Counted from the stretch's first letter, positions 32,939 through 43,428 are shown. The stretch is DNA of 64,000 nucleotides from a bacterium (GCA_037446635.1 JBBIIG010000001.1:85638-149637); one strand, 5' to 3'. Translations and numbers: made by a program. Notes: generated by a model not told the origin, from the letters alone.

Positions 32939-33853
32939 TCAGAACTTGAAGGGTTCTGGTGTAAACGATAAAACAAAAATAATCATCGTCACAATTCCAA
33001 GTAAAATGCGGGCGCCATCGACGGGGGTCTCGTCCAAAGTCGGCGGGTGGCGGTAACCAAACCAAAGGATGAGCAGCAGCAATAGCGCCCAGCCGCGATA
33101 CAAAAAAACGCATACCACGGCAAAAGCCAGGAGTGCAGCCATCGCTACCAACCTGTGCCGGCGCCCGATCATGGCGTACACGATGTGACCGCCGTCGAGC
33201 TGGCCGATGGGCAGCAGGTTGAGCGCAGTCACAAACAATCCCGCCCAGCCCGCAAACGCCAACGGGTGTAACAAGACATCCTTATTTTGCGGCAGATTGC
33301 CGATTGCGATTTTTGAAATTTGTTGATAGAGATACGACTCTCCCAAATGAATCGTGCCGGGACGGGACGCCTGGGTAAGATCGATGATTTCAGAAAATTG
33401 GATGCCGTAGTAAATGCAGGGAATGGTGACCGCCAGTCCGGCCAGCGGCCCCGCTACCGCAACATCGAATAAAGCTTTGCGGCTGGGGATGGCGGACTCC
33501 ATGCGAATCACCGCGCCCATGGTGCCGAACGGATTGATCACCGGCAAGAACGGAATGAAAAACGGCAGCGTCGCGCGGATGCCGTATTTTCGGCACATGA
33601 TGTAATGCCCCATTTCGTGAGCTAAAAGGATGGAAATAATCGCCGCGCTGTACCACGCGCCCGACTGCCACGTCCCCTGCTGCAACCAGCCGGTGGTAAA
33701 AGTAGTAGCACAAGTGGCCACAAACAAAATGACGTTGAGCTTGGGGTTGCGGCTGTTCAACTTTGAAAGCAACCGAAAGCGCCGCCTCTGGTGGTACGAT
33801 TGATAGTACTCTGGTGCGATAGAATCGCGTTCATCCCAGTAACGTTGTTCCAT
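32939..33853 (-). CDS. Site-2 protease (M50 family)
   Basis: HEMGH, AGPLAG and NLLPIGQLDGGH motifs. Confidence 0.92.
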   Translation of the reverse strand: MEQRYWDERDSIAPEYYQSYHQRRRFRLLSKLNSRNPKLNVILFVATCATTFTTGWLQQGTWQSGAWYSAAIISILLAHEMGHYIMCRKYGIRATLPFFIPFLPVINPFGTMGAVIRMESAIPSRKALFDVAVAGPLAGLAVTIPCIYYGIQFSEIIDLTQASRPGTIHLGESYLYQQISKIAIGNLPQNKDVLLHPLAFAGWAGLFVTALNLLPIGQLDGGHIVYAMIGRRHRLVAMAALLAFAVVCVFLYRGWALLLLLILWFGYRHPPTLDETPVDGARILLGIVTMIIFVLSFTPEPFKF

Positions 33854-33872
33854 CTATGAACATCCCCAGATT

Positions 33873-34664
33873 TTAATTTGCAAAATTAACGTTTATTTCA
33901 TCGCCGATTTGGCAGTGCAGGGTTTTTTGGGCGTCGCCGCCGTTGACGGCAATTTCCAAATAACCGGCGCTGCCAATTAATGCGATGGGTTTACCTTCTT
34001 TTCCAGCAAAATAGCTTTCAACTAAACCAACTATGACGGCGCCGGCGAGCTTAACGACGATTTGAGTGTGATGGCCGCGTTGCAAAACATCGCCTGGGAT
34101 ATTTGAAATTAAATTCCCAAAACGATCAACATAAATGATCTCGCCGAAGATCTCACGTTCGCGCTCAACCAGCCGCGGCAGCCGGCCGACTTTCCAGTCG
34201 CGCACCGGCGGCCCCAACTCAGCGATTGGAATTCCCTTTGCGAGATGCGCCGCTGCCGGCGCAAAAATATCGCGGCCGTGAAAGGTGCGGCTGACCTCGG
34301 CAAGAAAGTATTTTGAATTACTCACATGATACACATCTGCAGACTTATTTTTTTCCAAAACGAATTTGAGCACCCCATTGTCCGGCGCAAGAAATAAGTG
34401 GCTCCCAGCCGCGGCGGCTAAAATCCGGCGCTCGCCGCCCACCCCCGGATCGACCACCACGACATGAACGGTGCCCGGCGAAAAAAATTTATATATGCTG
34501 TTCAAAACAAACGCCGCGCCGTCTATATCCTGGGGAGCGATCTCGTGGCTGATATCAACGATAGTTGCCGCCGGAAAAATATTCAGCATCACGCCTTTCA
34601 TCGCACCGACGTAGCCATCGCGATGGCCGAAGTCGGTGATCAAAGTAATAATCTGCGATGTCAT
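33873..34664 (-). CDS. SAM hydroxide adenosyltransferase / halogenase family (DUF62)
   Basis: TDFG, VVDPGVG, APDNG, TFHGRDIFAP and DRFGN motifs. Confidence 0.92.
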   Translation of the reverse strand: MTSQIITLITDFGHRDGYVGAMKGVMLNIFPAATIVDISHEIAPQDIDGAAFVLNSIYKFFSPGTVHVVVVDPGVGGERRILAAAAGSHLFLAPDNGVLKFVLEKNKSADVYHVSNSKYFLAEVSRTFHGRDIFAPAAAHLAKGIPIAELGPPVRDWKVGRLPRLVEREREIFGEIIYVDRFGNLISNIPGDVLQRGHHTQIVVKLAGAVIVGLVESYFAGKEGKPIALIGSAGYLEIAVNGGDAQKTLHCQIGDEINVNFAN

Positions 34665-34676
34665 CGTTACAAATTT

Positions 34677-34705
34677 AGTATAGGAAAATTGCCTTCAACT
34701 TTCAA
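34677..34705 (-). promoter_or_regulatory. Putative sigma-70 promoter for DUF62-S2P-desulfhydrase
   Basis: Minus strand TTGAAA-N17-TATACT, 12 bp upstream of ATG 34664. Confidence 0.6.
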
Positions 34706-34727
34706 GTCAAAATTCTGATGAGACGGA

Positions 34728-36188
34728 TCAAACCGCGACCGCGGTCACGTTACAAAGCTCGAAACGGGTAAACGACATTTTCATCTCGGAGACCAGCGAA
34801 GCGACGCTCGCTGGCGCGTTGTCATCAATTAAGGTCTGATTCAGCCGCTTGGCCAGCAAACTCAATTTCTCGAACGTATGAAATGTCGTCCCGGTTGGGC
34901 GAATGGGCAGGATGGAATTGTTCGACAGCAGCGGGTCGGCGTTTTCTGGAAATCCAAAATACATCTGCGCCCGGCGCCATTCCATCGTTCCGGGGATGGG
35001 CGAAAAAACCGCCAGTCGGATTTTCACACCCTGTCGGTGAACAAAGGCCATGCTCCATAAAACTTCTTCGATGGATTGCCCGGGCAGCGCCGCGAGCACG
35101 TAGGCGTCGGCGTCGCCGCGGCGGTAGCCGGCATCGTAGAGGTGATGCACGGCGCGCTCAAAATAGTCGTCGCTGGATTTTTTGCAAATGTCTTTGTGGC
35201 GCAGCGGGTTGCCGGATTCATAACTCAGTCGGAGCGATTTGAAGCCGGCGCGAAACATCAACTGGGCAATTTCGCGATCGATTAACTTGCACTGCAAACC
35301 GTTCGGAGTGTGAAAGGTGATGTTCCAGCCGCGGCGGAGAATGTCATCCAAAATCAGCGACAGATGATGTTTGTGATTGGTGAGCAGCGCGTCGTCGTAA
35401 AAAGCAAATTCACGCAGGCCCAATTTTTCGTAATCGAATTCCATCTCCGCCAAAACATTTTCCGGGGTGCGCCAGCGGTACGCGCCCGCCACCAGATGGG
35501 AAGCGCAAAAGCTGCATTTCAGCGGGCAGCCGCGGGAAGTCATGATCACGGCGTAGCCGAGATTCTCATAAAGATCGAGCGCGGGGAACGGAATCTCGTC
35601 CAAAGAATTTGGGCAATACGGACGGTCACGTTTAATGCCGGCGATCGCATCCACACGCTGGAGCGCCGCCGCCTCTCCCTCACCGGCGAACACCTCATCT
35701 GCGCCGGCGTTGGCGCGCGCGTGATCATAACAGAGGGTTGCATAAATTCCGCCGAGCAGAATGGGAACGTTTGGAAACGCGCGCCGGATTTCTGTAATCG
35801 CGGTCTGGACACCGGGATACCAGTAGGTCATTCCTGAAGTAACGAGCACCGCCGCCGGGTTGCTCATTCGCCGCAACTTTTGCTGGAACAGCTCCAGCGG
35901 CAGACCGTAGCGCGCAAAATGGCGGGGAATATTTCGATACAACTCCGGCTTGGGGATGATTTCACGATGAAATTTGCCGGTGTTGAAAAAACGGTTTTTA
36001 GGTCGTGCCAGTCCCTGCAATGTTAACAGCTCGGGATCGCCGCGGTGCAGGCAATCGATGAGCTCGACCTCGTAACCATGTCGGCGCAAAACCGCGGCAA
36101 TATAAAGAACCCCCAGCGGTTTGAGCCAATAATCATAAGCGGCAAAATCCGTGATCCAAGGATTGACCAAAAGAATCTTGGAATTCAT
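34728..36188 (-). CDS. B12-binding-domain radical SAM protein
   Basis: PLG..YIAA.L and ILLGGIYAT (cobalamin-binding-like); SRGCPLKCSFC (CxxxCxxC); FYDD. Confidence 0.88.
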   Translation of the reverse strand: MNSKILLVNPWITDFAAYDYWLKPLGVLYIAAVLRRHGYEVELIDCLHRGDPELLTLQGLARPKNRFFNTGKFHREIIPKPELYRNIPRHFARYGLPLELFQQKLRRMSNPAAVLVTSGMTYWYPGVQTAITEIRRAFPNVPILLGGIYATLCYDHARANAGADEVFAGEGEAAALQRVDAIAGIKRDRPYCPNSLDEIPFPALDLYENLGYAVIMTSRGCPLKCSFCASHLVAGAYRWRTPENVLAEMEFDYEKLGLREFAFYDDALLTNHKHHLSLILDDILRRGWNITFHTPNGLQCKLIDREIAQLMFRAGFKSLRLSYESGNPLRHKDICKKSSDDYFERAVHHLYDAGYRRGDADAYVLAALPGQSIEEVLWSMAFVHRQGVKIRLAVFSPIPGTMEWRRAQMYFGFPENADPLLSNNSILPIRPTGTTFHTFEKLSLLAKRLNQTLIDDNAPASVASLVSEMKMSFTRFELCNVTAVAV

Positions 36189-36194
36189 GGCTCA

Positions 36195-37340
36195 CTACTT
36201 CATGCCGGCGATGATGAGGTAAACGTCGTCCTTTAAGGAATTGGGGGAGTATTGGTACACGCCGGTGAGGACGGACTCGATGATTTCGTTGGCGGAATGA
36301 TAAATGGCCGGCTTGAAAAAATTGATGAAGCCGTCGATTCCCAATTGCCGGCCGCTGCCGTCCTCGGCTTCGATGATGCCGTCGGTGTAGAGAATGATTT
36401 TATCTTCGGGCTCGACGCGGACGCTTTCCTGCAGAAAATTATTTTCCTTGCGCTTGTCGTAGCCGAGGATCACATTCTGCGACTCCATGCGCTGGAATTT
36501 GTTTTCGCGGCTGCGCCAAAGGATGGCGGCCGGGTGAGCGCTGCCGGCATAGGTGAACGTGCCCTTGCGCAAATTGATGACGCCGGAAAACATGGTCAGA
36601 AACATCGCCATGCCTTCGAACGTTTGCAGGATAAAATTGTTGACGTGATAAAGGATGGTCTGCGGCTGCAGGTGCTCGCGCACCAATTTGCGAATCTCGC
36701 TGCATATACGATTCACCATCAGCGCGGCGGTGATGCCGTGCCCGGTAACATCGACGAGGTTGAGATAAACATTTTCACTGCCGTCGAAATAGACGTCGGC
36801 AAAATCGCCGCCGACGCCAATCATTGGCAGATATTTGACGTGCACATCAACGCCGGGCAAACTGATGGGCTGCGGCACCAGACTTTTCTGAACCTGTTCG
36901 GCCAGGCTCAAATCTTTTTTGATCATTTCCTGGTACGCCAGCAGCTCCTGCTGCTGCCGCTCGATCTGCAGCTTGAATTGCCGGCGTTCCAGCGCCTTCT
37001 GAACTTTGAGGCGAAACTCCTCCATGTCGATGGGCTTGGTCAAGTACTCGAACGCGCCTAACTTCATCGCCTCTACGGCGGTGGCCACCGTGCCGTGGCC
37101 AGTCAAAATCAGCACTTCGGTGCTCTTGTCCTTGTTTTTGACAATCTTCAAAACTTCGATGCCGCCCACCTCTTTCATGTGCATGTCCGAGACCACCAAA
37201 TCATAAGAATGCTTCTTCAGCTCGTCGGCGACCAGCTTGCCGTCGGAGAGCTGACGCACTATGTGGCCATCCTTTTTCAGGACTTCGGAAAGCAGAAAGG
37301 TGATGGATTTTTCGTCGTCAACAACTAAGATTGCAGCCAT
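36195..37340 (-). CDS. Response regulator receiver + SpoIIE/PP2C phosphatase
   Basis: REC (VVDDE, SDMHM, LTGH, TKP) followed by GGDF, DVTGHG, YTDG and DD. Confidence 0.92.
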   Translation of the reverse strand: MAAILVVDDEKSITFLLSEVLKKDGHIVRQLSDGKLVADELKKHSYDLVVSDMHMKEVGGIEVLKIVKNKDKSTEVLILTGHGTVATAVEAMKLGAFEYLTKPIDMEEFRLKVQKALERRQFKLQIERQQQELLAYQEMIKKDLSLAEQVQKSLVPQPISLPGVDVHVKYLPMIGVGGDFADVYFDGSENVYLNLVDVTGHGITAALMVNRICSEIRKLVREHLQPQTILYHVNNFILQTFEGMAMFLTMFSGVINLRKGTFTYAGSAHPAAILWRSRENKFQRMESQNVILGYDKRKENNFLQESVRVEPEDKIILYTDGIIEAEDGSGRQLGIDGFINFFKPAIYHSANEIIESVLTGVYQYSPNSLKDDVYLIIAGMK

Positions 37341-37347
37341 TGCAATT

Positions 37348-39087
37348 TCACAAAACTTTCAGAACCAGCATGGTAATGTCGTCGGCTTGCGGCAGCCCCT
37401 GTGAAAACTCCTTCACTTCTTTTATGATGGTTTGCAGGATCTCCTCGGCTGGTTTCGAGTAGTTTTTTTGAATACAGGCTTCGATGCGTTTTTCTTCGAA
37501 TTCCTCTTCTTCGATGTTCACGGCCTCTGAGACGCCGTCGGTAAACATCAGAAGGCCATCGCCGGGCTGCAGTTGCACGGTTTGAACGGTGTAGGGCATG
37601 TTGGGCATCATTCCCAACAGCAGGCCGCCTTCGGTTAACGTTTGAAACGAGCCATCTTTGTGAAATAAATAAGGCGGATTGTGTCCGGCGTTGACCGAAA
37701 TCAGGGTGCGAGTCTGGGTGTCCAAAATCGCAATAAAAAAAGTGATAAATTTGTCAATGGAGGTGTTGCGATAAATGATGTTGTTGATGCGGAAACAGAT
37801 TTCATCAATCGTGAGGCCAGTGTTCAGCAGCGCGTGCAGGCTGGCCTGCAAATTCGACATCAGCAGCGCCGCCGGCACGCCTTTGCCGGAGACGTCGGCG
37901 ATGCAAAACGCATACTGGCCATCGTTGAGTTTGATGCAGTCAAAATAATCGCCGCCCACCTGCCGCGACGGAATGTTAATGGAGGCGACGTCATAATTTG
38001 GAATGGTGAGGCACGAGTCCGGCAGCAGACGTTTCTGAATATCGCGGGCGATGAGCAGCTCCTCCTCCATGCGCTGCTTTTCCAGAGTCTCCTCGAACAG
38101 CCGCGCGTTTTCAATGGAAATGATGGAGAGGTTGCCCAGCGTGGTGAGAAAATCCAATTCTTCTTTCACGAATTTGTTGCGGGTAATTTTGTCGCCCAGC
38201 GCAATCACCCCTTTGGTTTCGTTTTGAATGCGCATAGGCACAACGATGGCGATCGCCAGCTTCTTGAATTTAGCCGTCAGCGGGTGCTCGTTCTCGCTCA
38301 GAATAAGTGGGGCGTCTAATGCGAGCAGCTCGTTCAAAAATTCGGCTTCGTTGGTGATGTGCAGGTCCTGTTCGCTCTGATAGCCTTTGTTCAATTTTAG
38401 AGTCATGCTGTCGCCGATTTTCAAAAAAATCAGGCAGCGGTTGACCATCATTTCGCCCATAATGGAATAGGCCAGCAGGTTCACCACTTTATCGGTTTCG
38501 AGGGTGGAGTTCAATTCTTTGCCGATCTCGAACAGGGTGTTTAACTCCTGCACCTTTTTATCCAGTTGGCGGTTGACTTCCTTCAACTCCTGAAAGATGA
38601 GGCCGTTTTGCACCGCGGTGGCGGCGATGTTAGAAAGCGAATGCAAATAGTCCAGCTCGGAATCGCTGTAGTCCTTCCCTAAAATCTTTTTGCCGAAACC
38701 GATCAGCCCTAACTTCTTTTGATCGTGAACGATGGGGATGATCAGCTCGATGCCGTTTTTGAGAAAGAACGCCTGCCACGGCGCGGGATCGAGTTGGGCG
38801 ATGTATTCCGGCTGCGTTGGTAAATCGTCGATCTCGATGGTTTGCCCTAAAAGTGATTTCGGCAAGCCTTTGAGGGTGTCGATGACATAGCCTTTGCCGC
38901 CGTTGGAAATGAGCACCACCCCTTTGCCGATCAACATTTTTCCCATGGGGGTCAACAAAATGGTATCGAGAATATTTTTTAAATTGAGAGAGGAGTTGAG
39001 GGCTTTGCTTAAATCGAAGAGGGCTTGCAGCTCGAAAAGCTTCTCGTCCAACTGCACGATTTCTGGTTTTTCAGTAACGTGTGCCAC
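37348..39087 (-). CDS. Double-GAF SpoIIE/PP2C phosphatase (RsbU-like)
   Basis: Two GAF-like repeats; VGGDYFD, DVSGKG, NAGH, FTDG and DDIT. Confidence 0.92.
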   Translation of the reverse strand: MAHVTEKPEIVQLDEKLFELQALFDLSKALNSSLNLKNILDTILLTPMGKMLIGKGVVLISNGGKGYVIDTLKGLPKSLLGQTIEIDDLPTQPEYIAQLDPAPWQAFFLKNGIELIIPIVHDQKKLGLIGFGKKILGKDYSDSELDYLHSLSNIAATAVQNGLIFQELKEVNRQLDKKVQELNTLFEIGKELNSTLETDKVVNLLAYSIMGEMMVNRCLIFLKIGDSMTLKLNKGYQSEQDLHITNEAEFLNELLALDAPLILSENEHPLTAKFKKLAIAIVVPMRIQNETKGVIALGDKITRNKFVKEELDFLTTLGNLSIISIENARLFEETLEKQRMEEELLIARDIQKRLLPDSCLTIPNYDVASINIPSRQVGGDYFDCIKLNDGQYAFCIADVSGKGVPAALLMSNLQASLHALLNTGLTIDEICFRINNIIYRNTSIDKFITFFIAILDTQTRTLISVNAGHNPPYLFHKDGSFQTLTEGGLLLGMMPNMPYTVQTVQLQPGDGLLMFTDGVSEAVNIEEEEFEEKRIEACIQKNYSKPAEEILQTIIKEVKEFSQGLPQADDITMLVLKVL

Positions 39088-39104
39088 AATAAGCGAATGG
39101 GATT

Positions 39105-39569
39105 TTAGTTTGCGTCGTTTGTGGAGGCGGGTTTATTGAGATATTTGATCATCTTGACTTGATTGCGAACTCCGGGTTTGACGTCGAAGTTAACCTTGTC
39201 CATCAGCGTTTCAATCAAATAGATGCCGAGCCCTCCGACTCGCATCTCTTGCAGATACTCGTTCATTTTCGGCAACTTGATTTCGTCGGGATTGAATCCT
39301 TTGCCTTTGTCGGTTACTACCACCATCAGTTTTTGTTTATCAACTTTGATGAGAATGTCGATGATATTTTTCGAATTGCTGCCGTAGGCGTGTTTGATGA
39401 CGTTGGCGCAAGCTTCGTCCACGGCTAACTCGATCTTGCTGACGTCGTCGTTGCTGAATCCTACTTTGGTCGCTACTTTCGCGACCAGCTCTCTAATCAG
39501 CGAGAGATTGTCGGACTGGCTGGGTAATTTCAGTCGATATTGAATAGGCGTTTTTCCCAAAATTGTCAT
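39105..39569 (-). CDS. Anti-sigma factor Ser/Thr kinase (RsbW-like)
   Basis: ELAVDEACANVIKHAY, DKGKGF and GGLGIYLI motifs. Confidence 0.92.
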   Translation of the reverse strand: MTILGKTPIQYRLKLPSQSDNLSLIRELVAKVATKVGFSNDDVSKIELAVDEACANVIKHAYGSNSKNIIDILIKVDKQKLMVVVTDKGKGFNPDEIKLPKMNEYLQEMRVGGLGIYLIETLMDKVNFDVKPGVRNQVKMIKYLNKPASTNDAN

Positions 39570-39623
39570 CTACCTCATTTTAGGCCGGAATACATAAATT
39601 GCGTGGTTGACTTCTGATCGCGA

Positions 39624-39986
39624 TCAATTTTTCACTTTCGCTTTGTTGAATTTTTCGATGGCCTTTTCTTCTTCCTCAAGAATGTCATAAAGCGTTGGAA
39701 ATCCTAACAAGTCAAAAACACGATAAATTTTGGGCTTCATGTTGGTGAGCTTGATGTCGCCGCCATTTTGCCGGATGTCTTCGATAAAACCCATAAAGAC
39801 GCCCAGGCCCGCGCTGCTGATATAATTCAGGTCTTTGAAGTTGACCACGATGCTGTACTTTTTCGCATCCACCAATTGTTGAAACGCGGATTCCAGATCG
39901 GGCGCGGTATGGGCATCTAAGTAGCCTTTAATATATAGGATGGCAACGTCGCCATTTTCACTCTTAGCTACTTCAAATCCTTCCAT
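39624..39986 (-). CDS. STAS anti-sigma antagonist (RsbV-like)
   Basis: GYLDAHTA and YISSAGLG (phospho-Ser motif). Confidence 0.92.
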   Translation of the reverse strand: MEGFEVAKSENGDVAILYIKGYLDAHTAPDLESAFQQLVDAKKYSIVVNFKDLNYISSAGLGVFMGFIEDIRQNGGDIKLTNMKPKIYRVFDLLGFPTLYDILEEEEKAIEKFNKAKVKN

Positions 39987-40030
39987 CTAATTTCCTCCTT
40001 AGTAACAGACCACAACTTTTGATTTTAGAA

Positions 40031-42055
40031 TTATGTTGCCTTTATAACAACACACGTCAGATCATCATGAGCTTTCTCGCGGCCAATAAAGTCGCTGACT
40101 TCTTTGACCAGCGCCTCTTTGAGGTCCGACGCGTTCAAGCTGCTGTGATTTGCAACGAACTCGCGCAGCCGCTCCGCATCGAATTCCTTTTGTTCGGCGC
40201 TGCGCGCCTCCACCAGGCCATCGGTGTAAAAAACCAGTACGTCACCGCATGCGAGTTGGATGGTTTGCTCGCAGAGGATGCCATCAAACTTTTCGCCGTA
40301 TTCCAACCCGAGCCCCAACCCCGTTGGCTCGACAAATTGCGCTGTGTTTTTTTTCTTTGCATAATAAAGCAGCGGACAGTGTCCGGCGCGCGCCAGGGTC
40401 AACTCCTTTTTCTTGACGTCGAGAACGGCGTAAATCAAACTAATAAAAAATTGCGGCTCCAAATTCCCGTACAACGTTTTGTTGATATGCACGACGATGT
40501 CTTTCGGCGACGAATACATGCCGGCAACCGATTCGATGATGCCCTTCAATTCCGCCATGTAAAAAGCCGCCTTCGCGCCTTTGCCGGAAACATCGCCGAC
40601 GGTGATGGCCAACCTATTGTCATTCAGCTTGAAAAAATCGTAATAGTCTCCCCCCACTTCGTTGGCGGTGATGCAAATAGCGTCGATTTGAAAGCCCGCG
40701 ACATTGGGCATCACCTTCGGCAGCAGTTTGCGCTGGGCGTCTTGTGCAATTTTTAGCTCCTGCTCCAGCCGTTCTTTTACCAACAACTCCTCGAACATTC
40801 GCGCGTTCTCGAGGGCGATGGCGGCCTGATTGGCGAACGCTTGCAGCAGCTCGCGCTCGTCTTCGTCATAAGCGAAGGGATCCGCCTTTCCAGAATAGAG
40901 GACTCCCAAAACCCGATTTTGTGAAATCAGCGGCACAGCCAAGAGCGAGCCTAATTTTTTCGCGGAACCCAAAAAATCTTTGCAGCGCGGGTCCTTCGCC
41001 GCCTCATTGATGAGTAACGAGCTTTTGTTGTCGAGAATCCAATTGTTCACACCGTTGGCGGCGTGAAGCTGCAGGTGTTTGATTTCAGCCTCGTCCAAAT
41101 TTTCAGCAGATACCACTTTTAGATCGCCCGGGCCCGGCGGCGCCAGAGTCAACCAGAGGGCGTCTGGGCGAATGATGGCGGCCGCTTTGCTGGTGATCAC
41201 CGGCGCAATCTTTTTTGAATCAAACACGGACGATAGTGTACGGCTCAAGTCATGCAAGGATTCAATCTCGCGAATTTTGCGATCAAAAATACCAGCCGTG
41301 GGTAAGTGCAAGATCAGGCTTAAAAAACTCATGCCTAAATAAATAGCAAGAAAAAGCCCGGCCTTATCGATCAATGCCGCCAGAGAAATGCTGTACTCTT
41401 TTAGAAATGAATTTTGAGCGATCTCGACTTGAAACAAGATCGCGCCCACCAGCAGTGGGGCGCCCATCCACAGACAGTGGATTTTTTGCCGCTTGTTCAG
41501 ATAATTGATCCACGAATTTCTTAAGGCATTCAAAACCATTAATACGATCAAAATGTAAAGAACAAATTCATGCGCAAATTTAAGCGGCTGGGAATTCACA
41601 CCCTCAGAATAGCCATTTCCGTTCAAATTTGCAAGCACAACTTCCAGCCCCAGGAAGATCAGCAGAAAGTTAAAATTACGAGACGATGTCTTCCTTCTTT
41701 TGAAAAAAACCAGGTCGCGCAGGATGAGCAGCATTCCAGCCAAAAGAATGGCGCTGCTCAACGTGAAAAGCGCTCTGAAAGCAAGGCCGCCAAACGATAA
41801 CAGGTAAGCGCCGTATATCAGCGCCACGCCAAAATAGAGTCCCTTGAGCTTGATGAACACATCTTTGTTGACGACAAACCGGCTGCGATTCCATAGCGGG
41901 ATGCTCGATATCACTAAAGCAACCAGCAGCGGCTCGCGCAGATACGAAACGCCAGCAATCAATTCTCTATTGAGGTACAAAAAAAAATCAATGGCGAAGG
42001 CCAGAGCCAGCACAATTAGAAACAGCGCCGACGCGATGCGATTTAGCCGCCCCAT
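40031..42055 (-). CDS. Multi-TM + GAF + SpoIIE/PP2C phosphatase
   Basis: About eight hydrophobic segments, a GAF domain, VGGDYYD, DVSGKG, RAGH, YTDG and DDLT. Confidence 0.9.
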   Translation of the reverse strand: MGRLNRIASALFLIVLALAFAIDFFLYLNRELIAGVSYLREPLLVALVISSIPLWNRSRFVVNKDVFIKLKGLYFGVALIYGAYLLSFGGLAFRALFTLSSAILLAGMLLILRDLVFFKRRKTSSRNFNFLLIFLGLEVVLANLNGNGYSEGVNSQPLKFAHEFVLYILIVLMVLNALRNSWINYLNKRQKIHCLWMGAPLLVGAILFQVEIAQNSFLKEYSISLAALIDKAGLFLAIYLGMSFLSLILHLPTAGIFDRKIREIESLHDLSRTLSSVFDSKKIAPVITSKAAAIIRPDALWLTLAPPGPGDLKVVSAENLDEAEIKHLQLHAANGVNNWILDNKSSLLINEAAKDPRCKDFLGSAKKLGSLLAVPLISQNRVLGVLYSGKADPFAYDEDERELLQAFANQAAIALENARMFEELLVKERLEQELKIAQDAQRKLLPKVMPNVAGFQIDAICITANEVGGDYYDFFKLNDNRLAITVGDVSGKGAKAAFYMAELKGIIESVAGMYSSPKDIVVHINKTLYGNLEPQFFISLIYAVLDVKKKELTLARAGHCPLLYYAKKKNTAQFVEPTGLGLGLEYGEKFDGILCEQTIQLACGDVLVFYTDGLVEARSAEQKEFDAERLREFVANHSSLNASDLKEALVKEVSDFIGREKAHDDLTCVVIKAT

Positions 42056-42063
42056 ACTCTCCC

Positions 42064-43320
42064 CTATTTCGGCGCCAGATACTGGACGCTCACGGCGTCC
42101 GGCAGGCCGATGTTTTCGAATACGCCCTCGATTGCGCCGCTGGCGTCGATTTTGACCAGACGGTTGTTGTCGGTGTCGGCCACCACGCAGCCGTTGTCAA
42201 ATGGATTGGCAGCCAAATCCCGCGGCGCCAGGAACCCTCCCAGCTCGAAAAGCAAATCGCCATTTTCCGAAAACTTCAACACTCGTGATGGCCGGAAGTC
42301 GATAACCCAGACTTCACCGGTGTTTTCGTTCACCGAAACTTTCGACGCAAATTCAAAGTTGTAGGCGAGTGTCAATTCATGACTTCCATCTTCAGCCAAT
42401 TTTACCACTCGCGAGCTGTCGGCCACCCAAACGCTGCCGTCGCGCGAATTAACAACCAGCGATTGCAATGAAAAGAATGGCGCCGGCGCGAGCGCAAATG
42501 CGCTTCCATCGGCGGGAATGCGCGCCACCCGCCGGGAGGCCGCATCCGCCACCCAACAAGCGCCGCTGCGCTGATCCACGTCCAGCGCGGTGGGCGCGGC
42601 AAAATCCTGAATGGCGAAAAGCCGTCCGCCCAGCGAATCCAATTTCGCCACCACGCCATCCTCGCGGTCTGCGACCCACACAGCATTGGAATCGAAGTGA
42701 ATGGCGGCATCCACCGGCCCAACAAAAGGCACGATGGGTTCGCGAACGCGACCGCTTGCCGAGACCCGCACCGCGTTGCCAATGAACCGGCTGAGCCTTT
42801 CCACTACCCACACTTCGCCGCTGTTCGGGTTGGGTTCGACGTCAACCAGCGTAAAAAATCCGCTGACGCGAAAAATTTGGTGCTGCGCGTCGTGGGAAAG
42901 TTTTATGAGCTGTCCTGACAAATTATTTACGGCCCAACTCAAGGTTGGCCCCGGCGTGATCCGCTGGGGCGGCGAGGGCGCGCTTTCATAATTGCGGCCG
43001 AGCGCCGTAAGCTGGTATTCATAGCGTATGTTAAACTCGACGTCGAAATCTTTGAATGAAGTCAGGCTGCGAGAAAGTAGGATCAATGGGCTGAAATCAC
43101 TCTCATCGCTGCGCCGGCGGTAAAGTTGATAGCCGATCAGATCATCCAAATTTATGGCATCCCACTGCAGAAAGACCGTATCCTGAATGGAATAGACACG
43201 CAACCCCGTGGGCTTGCCTTGTGTATCTGGATTTTTCGGATCCAGTGGATTGCTGCGCTCGCGATCAGTGCAGGCACAGAACATCAAAAGCACGATGCCA
43301 ATAAATAACGTGACTCTCAA
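42064..43320 (-). CDS. Lipoprotein with FN3-like domain and beta-propeller
   Basis: Lipobox (FCA-C), R.NP.DP motif, LQWD..GYQLYR..YEYQLTA, repeated G.(V/C)WVAD blades. Confidence 0.78.
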   Translation of the reverse strand: MRVTLFIGIVLLMFCACTDRERSNPLDPKNPDTQGKPTGLRVYSIQDTVFLQWDAINLDDLIGYQLYRRRSDESDFSPLILLSRSLTSFKDFDVEFNIRYEYQLTALGRNYESAPSPPQRITPGPTLSWAVNNLSGQLIKLSHDAQHQIFRVSGFFTLVDVEPNPNSGEVWVVERLSRFIGNAVRVSASGRVREPIVPFVGPVDAAIHFDSNAVWVADREDGVVAKLDSLGGRLFAIQDFAAPTALDVDQRSGACWVADAASRRVARIPADGSAFALAPAPFFSLQSLVVNSRDGSVWVADSSRVVKLAEDGSHELTLAYNFEFASKVSVNENTGEVWVIDFRPSRVLKFSENGDLLFELGGFLAPRDLAANPFDNGCVVADTDNNRLVKIDASGAIEGVFENIGLPDAVSVQYLAPK

Positions 43321-43399
43321 ACTTGCAACGTTGATTCGGGTGATAGAAACGATTCAGAAAATAGTCCGCGCTGGGTAGCGGCTCAAAAAATGTGCGTAG

Positions 43400-43428
43400 A
43401 AATTAGCAAATTGCTGACATGAAGTCAA
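43400..43428 (-). promoter_or_regulatory. Putative sigma-70 promoter for the partner-switching operon
   Basis: Minus strand TTGACT-N17-TAATTT. Confidence 0.55.
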
